A DNA stretch of 63,934 nt, filler included, from Collodictyon triciliatum (Eukaryota): assembly GCA_043381765.1 (NCBI GenBank). It is 4 parts of 4 records of this genome, joined end to end, with 100 filler letters (N's around TTAATTAATTAA, not from the genome) between each part and the next. Parts side by side here need not be neighbours in the genome. Positions count along the whole stretch, not along the records: positions 21,633 to 42,963 come from JBHJMP010001191.1; positions 43,064 to 61,206 come from JBHJMP010001203.1; 2 more parts are not named here. The stretch is one strand, 5' to 3'. Below the pieces are notes generated by a model. The model ran no database searches. It was not told the origin of the DNA and worked only from the letters and a program-made list of their open reading frames with translations. Position numbers and translations under genes: made by a program. This document shows positions 39,441 to 52,100 of the stretch, one piece after another (positions within the stretch are counted from its first letter, which is position 1; each line of letters opens with the position of its first letter).

Positions 39441-40801
39441 AAAAAAGAAGTAAAGGTTCAGATACGACGATAAATTAAATTACCTCTGTAAATGAAATAC
39501 TGTGGTTTGTAATATAATCCCTTATCTCAAATCGCACATATGAAATGGAATCGAATGGATAGAGATTGAAAGAATAAAAACACACACATTCTTTCTCTTC
39601 AATATCATTCTACATTTCAATAGGACTTTCAGTAAAGCAGAAACCAAGCGCTTTGGAAAATAAACTTAAAAAATTTTAAGCTTGGTATACCCTACCATGA
39701 ACTACGCACATGTGCACCTACTACAGTGAAAATCGTATCATCTTTATCCAATCATAATTTTAGTTGCAAGTTTGACATTAAAAATTGATTATCTTAACAA
39801 ATCAAGAAAGAAATCACCAGGGTGTACTTGTTTTTCAACCCAAGAATAGTAATTTTAGAACAAGACGAGCAAACTTTGATGGTTGCATATATCCATATTG
39901 TGTGTTGTGTGACGAGGCTATTCCAATTTTTAACCCAATGAAGGGGAAAACAAGGCATTACCTTAGTTCAGCATCTGGGCTAAGAGTTCAAGAATCATGC
40001 ATTTATTAATTCTAATTACAGGGCTTACAAAACCTATTGTCTGGCGCACGAATGATCGAAATGTACAAGTTAATCAAGGAAGGATGTATTATTTTTGAAT
40101 GATTATTGAATATTGCTTGGGTGTGGGGTTTCTATGTATATACATTGTATCTTGCTGGCGTACCTGAGAAAAAAATGTATGGTGCTGGGATAAGTCCCAC
40201 CCATTTCTACCACCGCAAGAAACGAATATTGGATAGTTTGTTACGAACCGGCCGTTCTCTTCTAAACTGATGACATCCCGAAGCATTCCACGCCGAGATG
40301 TCAATATCCAGCTTTACCGCCCAGAAGACGCTAATAAACAATGCTTCTGTCAGAAATTCCTGTGCACCCACACTCTAGAAAAATCGAGGTAGAATTCGGA
40401 CGACCTGTCAAAAACGTCCATACATTCTTATTCACTTTCCTCCATCCTCTAACCAACCAGCCAATCATCTGTAGAGTTTGAAGCTTTAGCCACAGCCATG
40501 AGGCTCTTCTGCCATAAAAAATTTGATGAGTAACCATCCAGCCTTTGCCACAAACAACCCTTTTCGTTCAATTACCAAGAATCAGCACGCGATAGAAACC
40601 CGTTTCTTTTTTTTTTCTCTCTTTCTTTTGCGGTGCGTGATAGAAACAGCGGCACAAGACAAGTTAACCCATGTTGTGAACACGAACTGTCGGCGTTGCT
40701 CGCTTATGTGAGCCTTGGCTTTGTGTCCTATTTTTTTTTTTTTTTGGTTGAACTCACTCCTGACTGCATAAAAAGACGCAGCCATCTCCTTGGTCTCAAT
40801 C

Positions 40802-42567
40802 ATGAAGCTTGGATACGCGGCGTCTCTGGTGATTATACTTTCAATCCTTGGAATCTGTGTTTGCGTGCCCATCCGCGAAGCTGACGAATGGGAGGCTGTT
40901 CGCGAAGCAATAGACGCAAACAACTTAATCCCCGATGTCACAGTCGTTGTTGGTGACAGACGAGGAAATCTTTTCCTTCACGAAAAGGGTTTGATGGTTG
41001 TTTCAATGTTGAACATATCAACTCTAGCTTCGAATGTACACAGAACGACGAAATTACGGCAATTATCTATTGATAAGGACACCATGTTGATCCTCCTTAT
41101 CCTCATGTCCTTTTTTTTTTCTTTTGGTGACTATACGGTTGTTTTAATTTTTATTATCGTTTCTCATCACTATGAAAACGACCACTTGTGCATGTAATAG
41201 GAAAGTACACGTATGAGAGCTCAGGGTTGGTCGCCAGCTCCTCAAAGTGGATCACTTCCATGACTTTCGGGAGGCTTATAGAGTCAGGTGACTTGCGACT
41301 TGATGACCTAGCGAGCAAGTATATATCATTCTGGACTACGGATAGGACGGATTGGCGTTCGCGTATTAATTTATCCCAATTGTTGAGCTTCACTTCAAGC
41401 CTTAACTCGGACCAACCATGCTTGCGGGTTCTATTTATTTTATTTTATTTTATTATTTTAATATAATACTTCTTTTTTGAAATCATGAGTATACACACAA
41501 CTTAGTAAATTTTATCCGTGAACCTTTTTTTTAAAAAAGAAAAAAACACCTGCAAACTGTGATGTAAAATTGGCAATATTTTATTTATACAGGGAAAGGT
41601 TTAGCTATGAAAACTTAAATATGCCTATCTTTTTTCTTTTTAATGAAGGATTCCACCATGACGATTGAAGAGTGTGTGCGCCAGATTTATGATGCCCATG
41701 CCAATGTGACGGGTAACCCAGGAACAGAATTCTCGTATGGCGGAAATCACATGCAAGTTGCCGGATTGATGGCAATTATCGCGACCCGTCAGCGCTCATA
41801 TAACTCGCTGTTTGTTGACTACTTCACGAAACCGCTGAGAATTGATTCCCCATGCTATTACTACCTTGAGCCGAATCCAATTGTTGCTGGGGGCTTGGTT
41901 ACTTCAACAAGAATCTACAGAGACATTCTCTACAAGTATTTCATGGGAGAGGTGCTGCTCAATAGCACTGTTCGCCTGATTGAAACAAACTTTGTTGTAG
42001 ACGGTGTTGAAATTATCTACTCTCCTCATGAGGACCTCGGTTACACATGGGGATACGGGCTGGGCAATTGGATTGAGTGCACAAGGTCTTCTACATCCCA
42101 GCCATGCCCAGCTGAGAATATCCACTCGAGTGGAGGCTTGTACGGATTCTACCCTTACATCGACCGCTCTCTGGACTATTGGGCCATCTTTGGGGTTTAC
42201 CAATCTAAGTACGTTCTCACTTTGAAGGCCGCAGAGAACATTCGCCCTCTCATTGAAAAGGCCGTGCTTGCATCCCGAGAGCCCAGGCAAATATCCATTA
42301 CGATTTTTTTATGTAGGCCATATGTCTTTTACCAATTTTTGGCGATTGTGTAGCATATAAGTACGTGCGAGATAGAAAAAAAAAGTTATCTATCTTCGTA
42401 TCTCTTTTTGAGTAAACGGAACAGCTCTTTCTAGCACCGAGCCTTCAGAAACGCCATCAACAGGGTCGGCCAGCCCGACAGAGACCTCCGGGGCTGCTTT
42501 CATTGGCAATACGAGTGGGATAAGGAGAACGTTGCTTTTGATGGCAATCCTGCTCGCTTGTGCCTAG
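40802..42567 (+). CDS. Secreted beta-lactamase-fold serine hydrolase with a Ser/Thr-rich tail and probable GPI signal, 4 exons
   Basis: Signal peptide MKLGYAASLVIILSILGICVC; SxxK motif VASSSKW; LRLDDLASKY; QLLSFTS; PGTEFSYGG; YGLGNW; SSGGLYGFYPYID. The last exon (42435-42567), STEPSETPSTGSASPTETSGAAFIGNTSGIRRTLLLMAILLACA*, is reached through a GC-AG intron. Confidence 0.85.
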
Positions 42568-42776
42568 GCACCCAAGCACCCGAACCGCCCCTGTGTTCGA
42601 ACCTCGAGGCTCACACCTGATAAACCCGCCCTTTTGTTTTGCAATTACCTAATTTGCATTCTCGAGCCGGATTTGTTATTTAAACTTGAACCCCCCGGAA
42701 TTGTGCTTCAACTGATCCCTGTCTCGAGCGGTCTTCATTGCCGCTTGTTTGGATGGTGCAGCCGCCCCGTGGATCT

Positions 42777-42963
42777 CTTTTCTATTCTCTTTTTTCTCTT
42801 TTTTCTCTTTTTTCTCTTTTTTCTCTTTTTTTCTCTTTTTTCTCTCTTTTCTCTTTTTTTCTCTTTTTTTTCTCTTTTTTTCTCTTTTTTTTCTCTTTTT
42901 TTTCTCTTTTTTTCTCTTTTTTTCTCTTTTTTTCTCTTTTTTTCTCTTTTTTTCTCTTTTTTT
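42777..42963. repeat. (CTCTTTTTTT)n pyrimidine tract
   Basis: Directly visible at the contig end. Confidence 0.95.
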
Positions 42964-43063
42964 NNNNNNNNNNNNNNNNNNNNNNNNNNNNNNNNNNNNN
43001 NNNNNNNTTAATTAATTAANNNNNNNNNNNNNNNNNNNNNNNNNNNNNNNNNNNNNNNNNNNN
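42964..43063. other. Artificial contig join (44 N + TTAATTAATTAA + 44 N)
   Basis: Same structure as the join at 21533. Confidence 0.97.
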
Positions 43064-43101
43064 TTCTTCTTCTTCTTCTTCTTCTTCTTCTTCTTCTTCT
43101 T

Positions 43102-43131
<30 letters not shown>
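43064..43131. repeat. (TTC)n microsatellite
   Basis: About 22 copies preceding the TCATAG acceptor. Confidence 0.97.
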
Positions 43132-43132
<1 letters not shown>

Positions 43133-43139
43133 TTCATAG

Positions 43140-46100
43140 CGATACGCTATCAGAACGAGAGGAATTTCGGTCCGTGGTTCTTCCTAGATTGAGGGATAGA
43201 TGTAGAGCACTTCGCTTGGACATTATTGAGTGTGATATCCGATATGGTGTGGCTGCGCTAAATGCTATGCACGGAATTCCTCCTAAAGGAGATGATGAAG
43301 TGTCCTCTACAATAGTAAAAACAAAACAAAATAAAATAAAATTTCTGCCATCCATAAATTCCTTTACCCTTTAATCCACCGCCACATTATGACAGTCAAT
43401 TGTCCTAAAGTATCAAAAAAATTATTATTTTTTTTTTTTAAAAAAAAGGTTCTGCACTTGTTTTGTAAAATAATTTTAGTCTACTAGGACCATGTCAATT
43501 ATATTATTCCTTCATGGCAATCATAGGGAAGCGCACAAGAACAGGCAACTTTTCTGCGAATATTAATGAAAGAGTTTGAATCGTGCATGAGTTCTACCGC
43601 TGGATTAAGTACCAAGATGCCACACAATATGTTTTTCGTATCGTTCATCGGCCAAAAATATGGATGGATACCTTCTGAGGTTCAAATATGAATCATACTA
43701 TCTATACTGTACTTTTTTTTTGAGTGAATGAACACTTTTTTTTTAATTATGGCCAGTGCTTAACGTTTCTACATAATAAATTAGGAAGTGCTGAATCGAA
43801 GTTATGCATCTGAGCTCTGGCATTGGAAATCAGGATTCTCTCTGATGGCCAGTAATTTTCACCTTGACTCGAATTTTTTTTTATTTGTGACAATCCAAAA
43901 AAAGAGAAAAAAAAGAGGAATCTTTTCTGTGTAAAGAATGTATAATATATAGAATATTAATTATACCATTCCTTCTTTGTTTATCTAAAGTGGAGCTCCT
44001 CAATGCTGTTTACATGAGACCAAACCCTAATGGCTTCATCTATATTCGTGGTGATGGTTTTATGAATCATGAGTCTACATTTGAAGGATTAAATTCTTAC
44101 GAAAAAAGAAGAAGAGAGACAGATTTAGCGTTGCAATTTGAGGATTCTAACGGAGTATATTTCCACATAATCTGAAAATGATTCGTTATCAACTTTCATA
44201 TTATCATGATGTTTGCACGTTCCTTTCAATCTTGATAATTTATAGTCAGATGCCTTTTTTTTTTTTTTTTTGGAACTGAAAATGTGCCGATGATTTAATA
44301 AAAATAATCATTATTGGTTGACGTTGTTAGGGGCGTGCAGACGATAGCTTATCGACTCCGAAAGTAGACATTACCAAAGAGTGGAAACATAATATTCTAA
44401 TTGAGAAATTAAAGAAAAGGTTCTCGCTTAGATTTAAGTTCAATCATTAAAATAAAACTGTATTATTGTATTCACTCTTTTTTTTTTTATTCACTTTCAT
44501 TATTAAATAGAAGAATTCCTTCAAAACATACAAACACTTTTCTTTTCAAAAAAAAAAACAACAGAATTCCGGAAAAGAACATTGTAGACGGTTACAAATG
44601 CATCTTCGGTGGAACTGAAGATGATGGAAATCCTCAAAGATTTGTGGGTCCTGTGAAGTATACCATTAAATTAACAGGTACAGCGCATATAATTATAAAT
44701 AGTTATAAAATATGAGTCAATCTATCTCCAGGGTACAACTTTATTCTTTCAATGTACTAGATGCTTTTTTTACAGGCTGGCTTAGTAACTATATACATAT
44801 ATATATTTGTACTCTATCGTTATTGCTTTTTTCATGAGTCAGGGTTTGATCAACTCTGCAGGCAGATCGAAAATCAACTTTTTGAAGCATTGAAAGAGTA
44901 CTTACACATATTATAAGGAAATTTTTTTCATGATTTTTATGTTTTTTATGTTTTTCGCAGCATACTTTTTCCTTAAAATCTTGAAATTTTCATCTAGATA
45001 CTTCCCCATCGATTTGAAAGCTGGTATTAATCGCAATTTGCAATTAAAAGCTGACTTGAATCATGGCATCAAAAAAATTCTTTATGCAAATATTCCAAGA
45101 GAATATATTACCAACAGAGTTGAAAATTACATGACCACCGGAACTTGTTACGAGGAGTCTGAAGTCGAAAATAGGTGACCTAATAATTTTTTTTTTGCAC
45201 TTACCAGCCAGACGCAATTTATTCATATAATTAAAGTATGCACATTTGTCCATGATATTTAATTTGCTTTGCCAGTGACTCTCCGGACGAGGGGTTCCAC
45301 CCTCTCTATATCATCGGGGATGTAGGTCAGTAATTCGCCTTTTTTTTTTTTTTTTGTCACAGAGCTAATTCACTGAATTTTACCTCAATATAAAGATAAA
45401 AAAAGAGAGGAAATGTCCATATGGGGTCGGTATATACCCTTTTGTAATAATTACGATGATAAACAGGGGCAGGAAAGTCACATATTGTCGCATCCAGCTA
45501 CCAAAAAATGCAAAAATCATCGAGTGTGAGAATTATTCTTTACTGAAAAAAAAACCGTTTTACATTATAAGCATAATTATAATTTAATCGTAATCGCAAT
45601 CACCAAAATTATCTCCATAATTATTACATGATTTTAAATTACGTATTTGCTTCGTTTCTACACAGCTTTTCATATTTAACGTAATCAAACCATTTGTAGC
45701 CACCTAACTTTATCGTGCATTTTTCCACTCTCCCTGTATTTGACAACCAACTAAGTTCTCTGTTAGAAAGGTATCATTCTTTATCTCGATATTTTTCATT
45801 TGATTTTTATTTTTATAATTTTTTCTTGATACATTCAGATTCATAAGCACTTCTTTGAGCATTTGTTCACTCACCGAGGAAGAACATCTTCAATTGGAAG
45901 GGAAATCAAAGACAACATATCATTTATCTCAAATTCTGCATTTTCTGATTGATAAAATTCCAGTTCATAAACCCACACTCTATATTGTCGATGGCGCTGA
46001 CCAACGTAATAACTTTCAATTCTTTTTCTTACTTTTTACATACATTCGTGGTTTTTTCATGTAAGCTTTTTATCCATTTTCTTACCTTACTACAGAGTAT

Positions 46101-49100
46101 TCCTGCTCAGAAGGAATGATATGGGTGATATTCTTAATTTACTCAAACAAAAAATTAATTTGGGAAACGAACATATGAAAATTAGTGTGGAACCAGACAG
46201 GAACTTTAGATCTTAGTTGGATACCAATCAAATGGAAAAACCCTGCTGTGCGATTTATCGTTACTTGCCAAACTTCGTCTCTCCTTAAACTTCATTTTCA
46301 TGAAATTGGATATGAACCATTAGTGGTCAATGTCCCTGGTTTAAATATGGATGAGAGGGTGAATTTTGTGAAAGCATATCTCACACGGATGAACTACTCA
46401 CTTTATCCATCAATAAAGGAAAAACCAACGGTAATATCGATTTATATTGCTATATTGGATAACCAAAGCCAACATCTTCACCATCCTGCACAAAATTGAA
46501 AGGAAGAATAAAAAAATTGCTATATTGGATAAAATTATGTTATCTAACATAATTCTATTACTTTTTCTGATGATTTATCATTTTCGGTGATTCCTCAAAA
46601 TTATTATTAGGCGGTCGTCATACCTGGCTTCTTGATACTCAGTGAAAAGATGATACTGCAATTAGCAGCTACAAAAAAAGCGGGCTCTCCCATATGGTTG
46701 CAAAGTGTAAATATTCATTGCTCCCATGATTAGATTATGTTTACAATATGATCATTCAATATTCCCACCATCCTCTGGTTGCGTTTTGTAAAAGAATAGA
46801 AAGAAAATTATTTTAACTCGCTATTTGTCACAGGCCATTGCTACACTTCATCTCCGCTGCATTCCAGGGACCAATAAATCTGAGCTTCAATCATATTATA
46901 ATGAGCTTCCATTTGACTTTGAGGAGCTTATATCCATATATATGAGTATTCTTGGTAGCAGGTAAATTTCTTATATTAATTTTCATCGGCGTTTATGACT
47001 TTAATTGTCTTATTCCTGAGGTAGTTTATAAATTCGAACCAAAAAACACAGGGTCAATAGCAAGTTACTCAAAAGTGTGGTTACTTCACTTTTATTCAGT
47101 AAATATGGGCTGCAAGAAAATGAGATCAGGTGAACAATATATATATATTGATGTATATATTGATGTTACGAAGTATTTTGTAAGTCAATACGATGGTGAA
47201 ATGATTCAATTATTTAAATTGTATGCTTTTCAATTTTTTTTATTATAATTCGGGATTTTAATAAATTTAATTTGCAACACCGCTGATATTCCCCTCATAC
47301 TGTTTGTTTACGTTGTAAAGAGGCTTAAATGGTTCTATCGACGGAAATCTTCCTGCGTATGATTGGGCATTACTATCAACTGTACTTTTTATATTATCGA
47401 TCTATACTTGTAAAAATATTTTAAGAAAGCTGGGTTGAGTAATGATTATGGTACTAAATATAATGCCTCTTGTTCATGCCGCAATTTTTTAAAACGCAAT
47501 ATTTTCTTTATTGATTAGCAGCCCTTCAAAATTAATCATTGCTTTTTTTTTTCATTTAACAGGATATGAATAGATTCCTATTGAATTGTTGCTCGATTGA
47601 AGGCTGCAACGGGTTTTACATATGCCATTCCAAAGTCAAAACAGCTATAGCAACGAAGTATCGAAAGTTTATTTGTGGCAATAAGCATTTAGTATTCGAC
47701 CTCAAGAATAACATTTCTTAACTATTTTTCTGTTTTTCTCTTTTCTTTTCTTTTTCTTTTTTCTTTTTCTTTTCTTTTTTCTTTTTTCTTTTTTCTTTTT
47801 CTTTTTCTTTTCTTTTTTCTTTTTTCTTTTTTCTTTTTTCATCCAACCAACTTAGATTTTATGGGGATTCGAAATATGTCATGACCTGCAGGCTAACAAA
47901 CCATACAGCCGAGGAAGATCTTTTTCATAAAATTACATCACAAAGTTCCCTACCCATAAAGGCTCACCGTTCTTTACGTGCGTATTACCAAGGAGCATTA
48001 ATGTCATGGAGGGATAAGGTTCCATTCCTGTTTCGTCAAATTATTATATATTGTGAAATTAACGCAAATAATCTGTTCCTTCAAGGCCTGTCGCATTGTA
48101 GTAATTGTGATGCCTCTTGTATCTTGCATCCTCATAACTCTCGTTCGTAGATGTCGACAGAGGAAGTTATTAGGCCGATTGAATTAGAAAAGTATCACAT
48201 GGCTTGCATTTTTTCTCCTCCCCAGATTGATATTGCTGTAAAAGTTAGACCGTTGACCCAAAGGTTTTATTTAATATTTAATCTAGAATAAAAGTCAAAT
48301 AAGGGAGTTTTCTTTTTAACTTGTGGTACTGGAACATTTATACCCATCTACCACCTGAATAACTAGGTTGATGGTTCAGAACGACTTTTAAATAATTATT
48401 CGATTATAGTCTTATTCAAGTTGTTCAAGTTTCTGTTTACGATACGTTTTAAAATATCCAAATTATACACTTTCACCAATTAAAATATATACGCATCATT
48501 AGAGAAGTTAACGAGCACACGAAATTATGCTTCTCAATGAGGCATTCCCAAGTATTTCTTTACAATTATGAGAAAGCCAATTTTCTTCAAACATTTTGTT
48601 TTGATTTTCATATAAGACATGATACATGGGAGGAAAGTCGGTCCAAGTGAGCAAATATATCGAAAAATAATATCATTTGAACCGTTAATGTAATTGAATA
48701 ATTGTATCATATTTGTTCCATGAAATCCCTGTGATGTCTCTTGATTATGATTATTTCTGAATCATTTGTTAGATTGCAGAAGGAATCATTCTACCAGATA
48801 TATGATGCGTTATGCGGTACTCTTTTAAATGACAAGAGCATCACACTTTTTTCAGTGGGATACGAGGTTTGTCCCTTTAAGAAAGCAAGAATGGAAATGA
48901 AACCTACTCTGGCATTAAGCATGCACCTATCAATTAACTTCATAGATTATCTTTCTCATATTCTAGCAAATGCAGAGAACTCAACATTAACAATTATATT
49001 CAAAGGAAACTGACAAAAATTTCACCATGTTTGGGGATCAAGTAGACGACGGATTTGCAGTTTTTGTATTTGATGAAATTATTAAAGATGTTCAGGTTAT

Positions 49101-52100
49101 TTTAAGGAAATGAACTATTATTATGAAAATATACATGGTTTTAAAATCATAAATAAGCTAGCCCTCCCATTCTTTTCAGACCTTTTCAAATAAGAACATT
49201 TTATTCACATGCTCAACTATTACTTTGCTATACTCCCTTCTTACTTTTCTGCTTTCATTCACGGATATTAGAGAAATGGAGACACGTTTATCGCATCAGC
49301 ATCATTCATCGAAATTTACGAGGAAGAAGTGCGTTTTTACTTACTTTTTTTTTTAATTTACCCTAATTGAAGAAGTCGGTTTTATACTAATCCACAATTT
49401 TAATATGTAAGTCGTTTACATTTTCTAATGAAAGATTCTTATTTATGTAATGCGGCAGATTACCGATCTATTTCACGATTTAAATCCTCAAAAAGCTAAC
49501 ACATCAAAGTAACTTACAGTCTTTATGCTTAATTGAATGTTACACTATCAAGCCATCCTCTAATATTTTAATATAGCTGATTAATATTCTATTGCGTGTC
49601 TAGAGTTCTCAAAATATATGATGCACGTCATGGGCAAGTCCAAACAATTTCTCAATTGACGGATGCATACTCGGTTAACGTTAAGGAAACATCATCGGTT
49701 CGAAGATTTATTCGGCAAGTCATTGGCAACCGCACCAGAGAGGTTGATTTATTAAATAACAGAGTGGGAAAAATAAACCTTTTTCTCAATCCCGCTACAT
49801 TTAATTATTTTTTTTCAAATATTAGATGTCAAGCTCTGGAATTTCTCCGAACAGATATGTGAATGCAACGATGATATTTCAATTCGAAATTAAACGAACA
49901 AGAATGCCGAAAGGAGGCAGTGCCAAACCAGTGCAGGTATAATAAAAGCATTAGATATGCTGATAAGAATTCAATATATATGATTTAATGACGCAAACTG
50001 TGGAGTCTCAATGTCAAGATAAAATTGCATAACTTATCTAGAATCCAAACTCTATCTTGGTGACATTTGTCGACCTTCCAAGCTTAATCTTTCTCCCTTT
50101 GAATATATCTCTAGAAAGGGTGGTAAGTATTCATCGAGCTTTCCTATAAATGCCCTTTTAATTTGTTTGTTTGTTTGTTTGTTTGTTTGTTTGTTTGTTT
50201 GTTTGTTTGTTTGTTTGTTTGTTTGTTTGTATGTTTGTTTGTTTGTATGTTTGTTTGTTTTTTGAATTATTAGAAAGAATTGAAGATCAAAACGTTTTTG
50301 ATACTGCGCTAACTTTTACATTACTGTGACACGTAATGCTAAAGAACTATACAGAGTTCAAATATGCCGTGAATAGATCTCTTTTATGTTTGATGAGATG
50401 TCTAAAGTCCTTATCTGTGGGTAAAAAGCCAAAGTAAGTAATCAACAAGCTTCCCTATATCAATCCAACATACGATACGTTATCGACTCTATTACAATTT
50501 GAAATTAAATATAAATTTTTACAAGAAATTGACTCAGATGATTCCATCGTTATCTAATAACTTAAATTAATTACTCGAGTAATGAGCCTGTGCGAGGAAA
50601 TTTGGTCGTTAATTATCACGTATGGCTCGTATTTCTCTTCATTTTTTCATTAAGGTCAAATAATGTTAATTTCGAATTTCTTTAACGTGTGTCATTTTTT
50701 TAAAATTTATACTAAATCACTCGTTTAAACGCTATCCTATCCATCTTGTAATCTGACTAAATATCTCGCGATACATTTTTAGGAAGCAAAACTCACCCAA
50801 TTGATTAAGGACTCCATCGATGGAACCATCAAATCTTTATATATTCTGCATCTGGGGCCCACAACAAAAGCGTCAGATGTATTTTTCTCATTGGAATTGA
50901 AGTTTTCTTTCTTTTTTTTAAAAAAAAAAATCGAATTTAGTTCTACTTTAAACGATATTCACCACCAATTTTTCTTTCTTCGCTGAAAATGCTTTCTGTG
51001 CGTTTTTCGTCGTCACTTTCTGAATCGAAGTGAATTCGTATGTCCTGTGCATCTACATAAGTTATCGTAGCATTCAAATGATTCCGTTTGTCTATAAAAT
51101 TCAGGATAATCACCACACTATGAGGGTAGGAAATCTCATTAAAAAGACAAAAAACTCTCTTATATTATCCGGAGCTGGTATACAAGACCAGGACATTGAT
51201 TGGGAGGATGAGTAATCTGTTTATTATTAGCATTATTAGTATTATTATTTGGTTCATTATTGTGAAATCCTTGTATTTGAGTCTTTTTTTTTAACTTCTG
51301 GTGAATTTCATTTATGTTCGCCTTTTTTTTAAAAAAAAAAAACCTTATTAACCTAATTTATTGCGGCTGAAGCGGCCATACAAACTTACATGCCTGTGCT
51401 TTACTAGCGTTGTCGGGGACTCGAGTGTCGAGTATGGTGTCCTGCAATCACTAAGATCTGGGGATGTAACGACATTGACTCTTCGTCCAGGAACTGTGCG
51501 CAAATTCTATTCTATACGTGCAATAGCTCATGATAGTTGCATATGAGATTGTAAATATGAAAAACTTCTTTCCTTTTGTTTAACATATTTGCCTACCTAC
51601 TTTCATTGAACATATTTAATTTAACGCTCGTTTCCATTTACAAAAAAAATACATAAAATAAAATAAAGATTACAAAGCAAAATGCCGAACTTCTTCGCAA
51701 AGTTCTATCACAAAATTCAACAGTGAACCTTCTTCGGCTACTCCCAAGTAGCGACCTTTCTGGCGCAGCGAATGAGATAGAATATCCAGTCGAGGTTCCC
51801 ACAAACTACCTCAATATGTCTTTATTTGTCCTCGCTCTTGTCATATCTTAGTTTAATTTCTGAATGCCCTCCTCAAATTTCATGCTTCATTTATCTTACA
51901 GGTCATTAAAGTACTGTCCGAATTTATTTCGACGTCGAAGATTTTTAGGAAACTCATCATTCAAGTCTTATATCATACCATGAATGCATATCAATTATCT
52001 TGCTATATCTATTAGTAAATCTACTTTATTCCCACTTTTGTATTATCAAAGAGTTTTTTTTATCAATATCTTCTTTTTCATACTGTCAAATTTACTTTTA

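Noticed and set aside
42585-42620. GTTCGAACC B-box/T-loop-like motif
   Set aside because: No cloverleaf or A-box can be built around it.
42720-42770. RAVFIAACLD as the missing first exon of the DUF4062-NACHT gene
   Set aside because: It matches the expected RVFISSTF poorly, has no start or promoter, and lies across a synthetic join.
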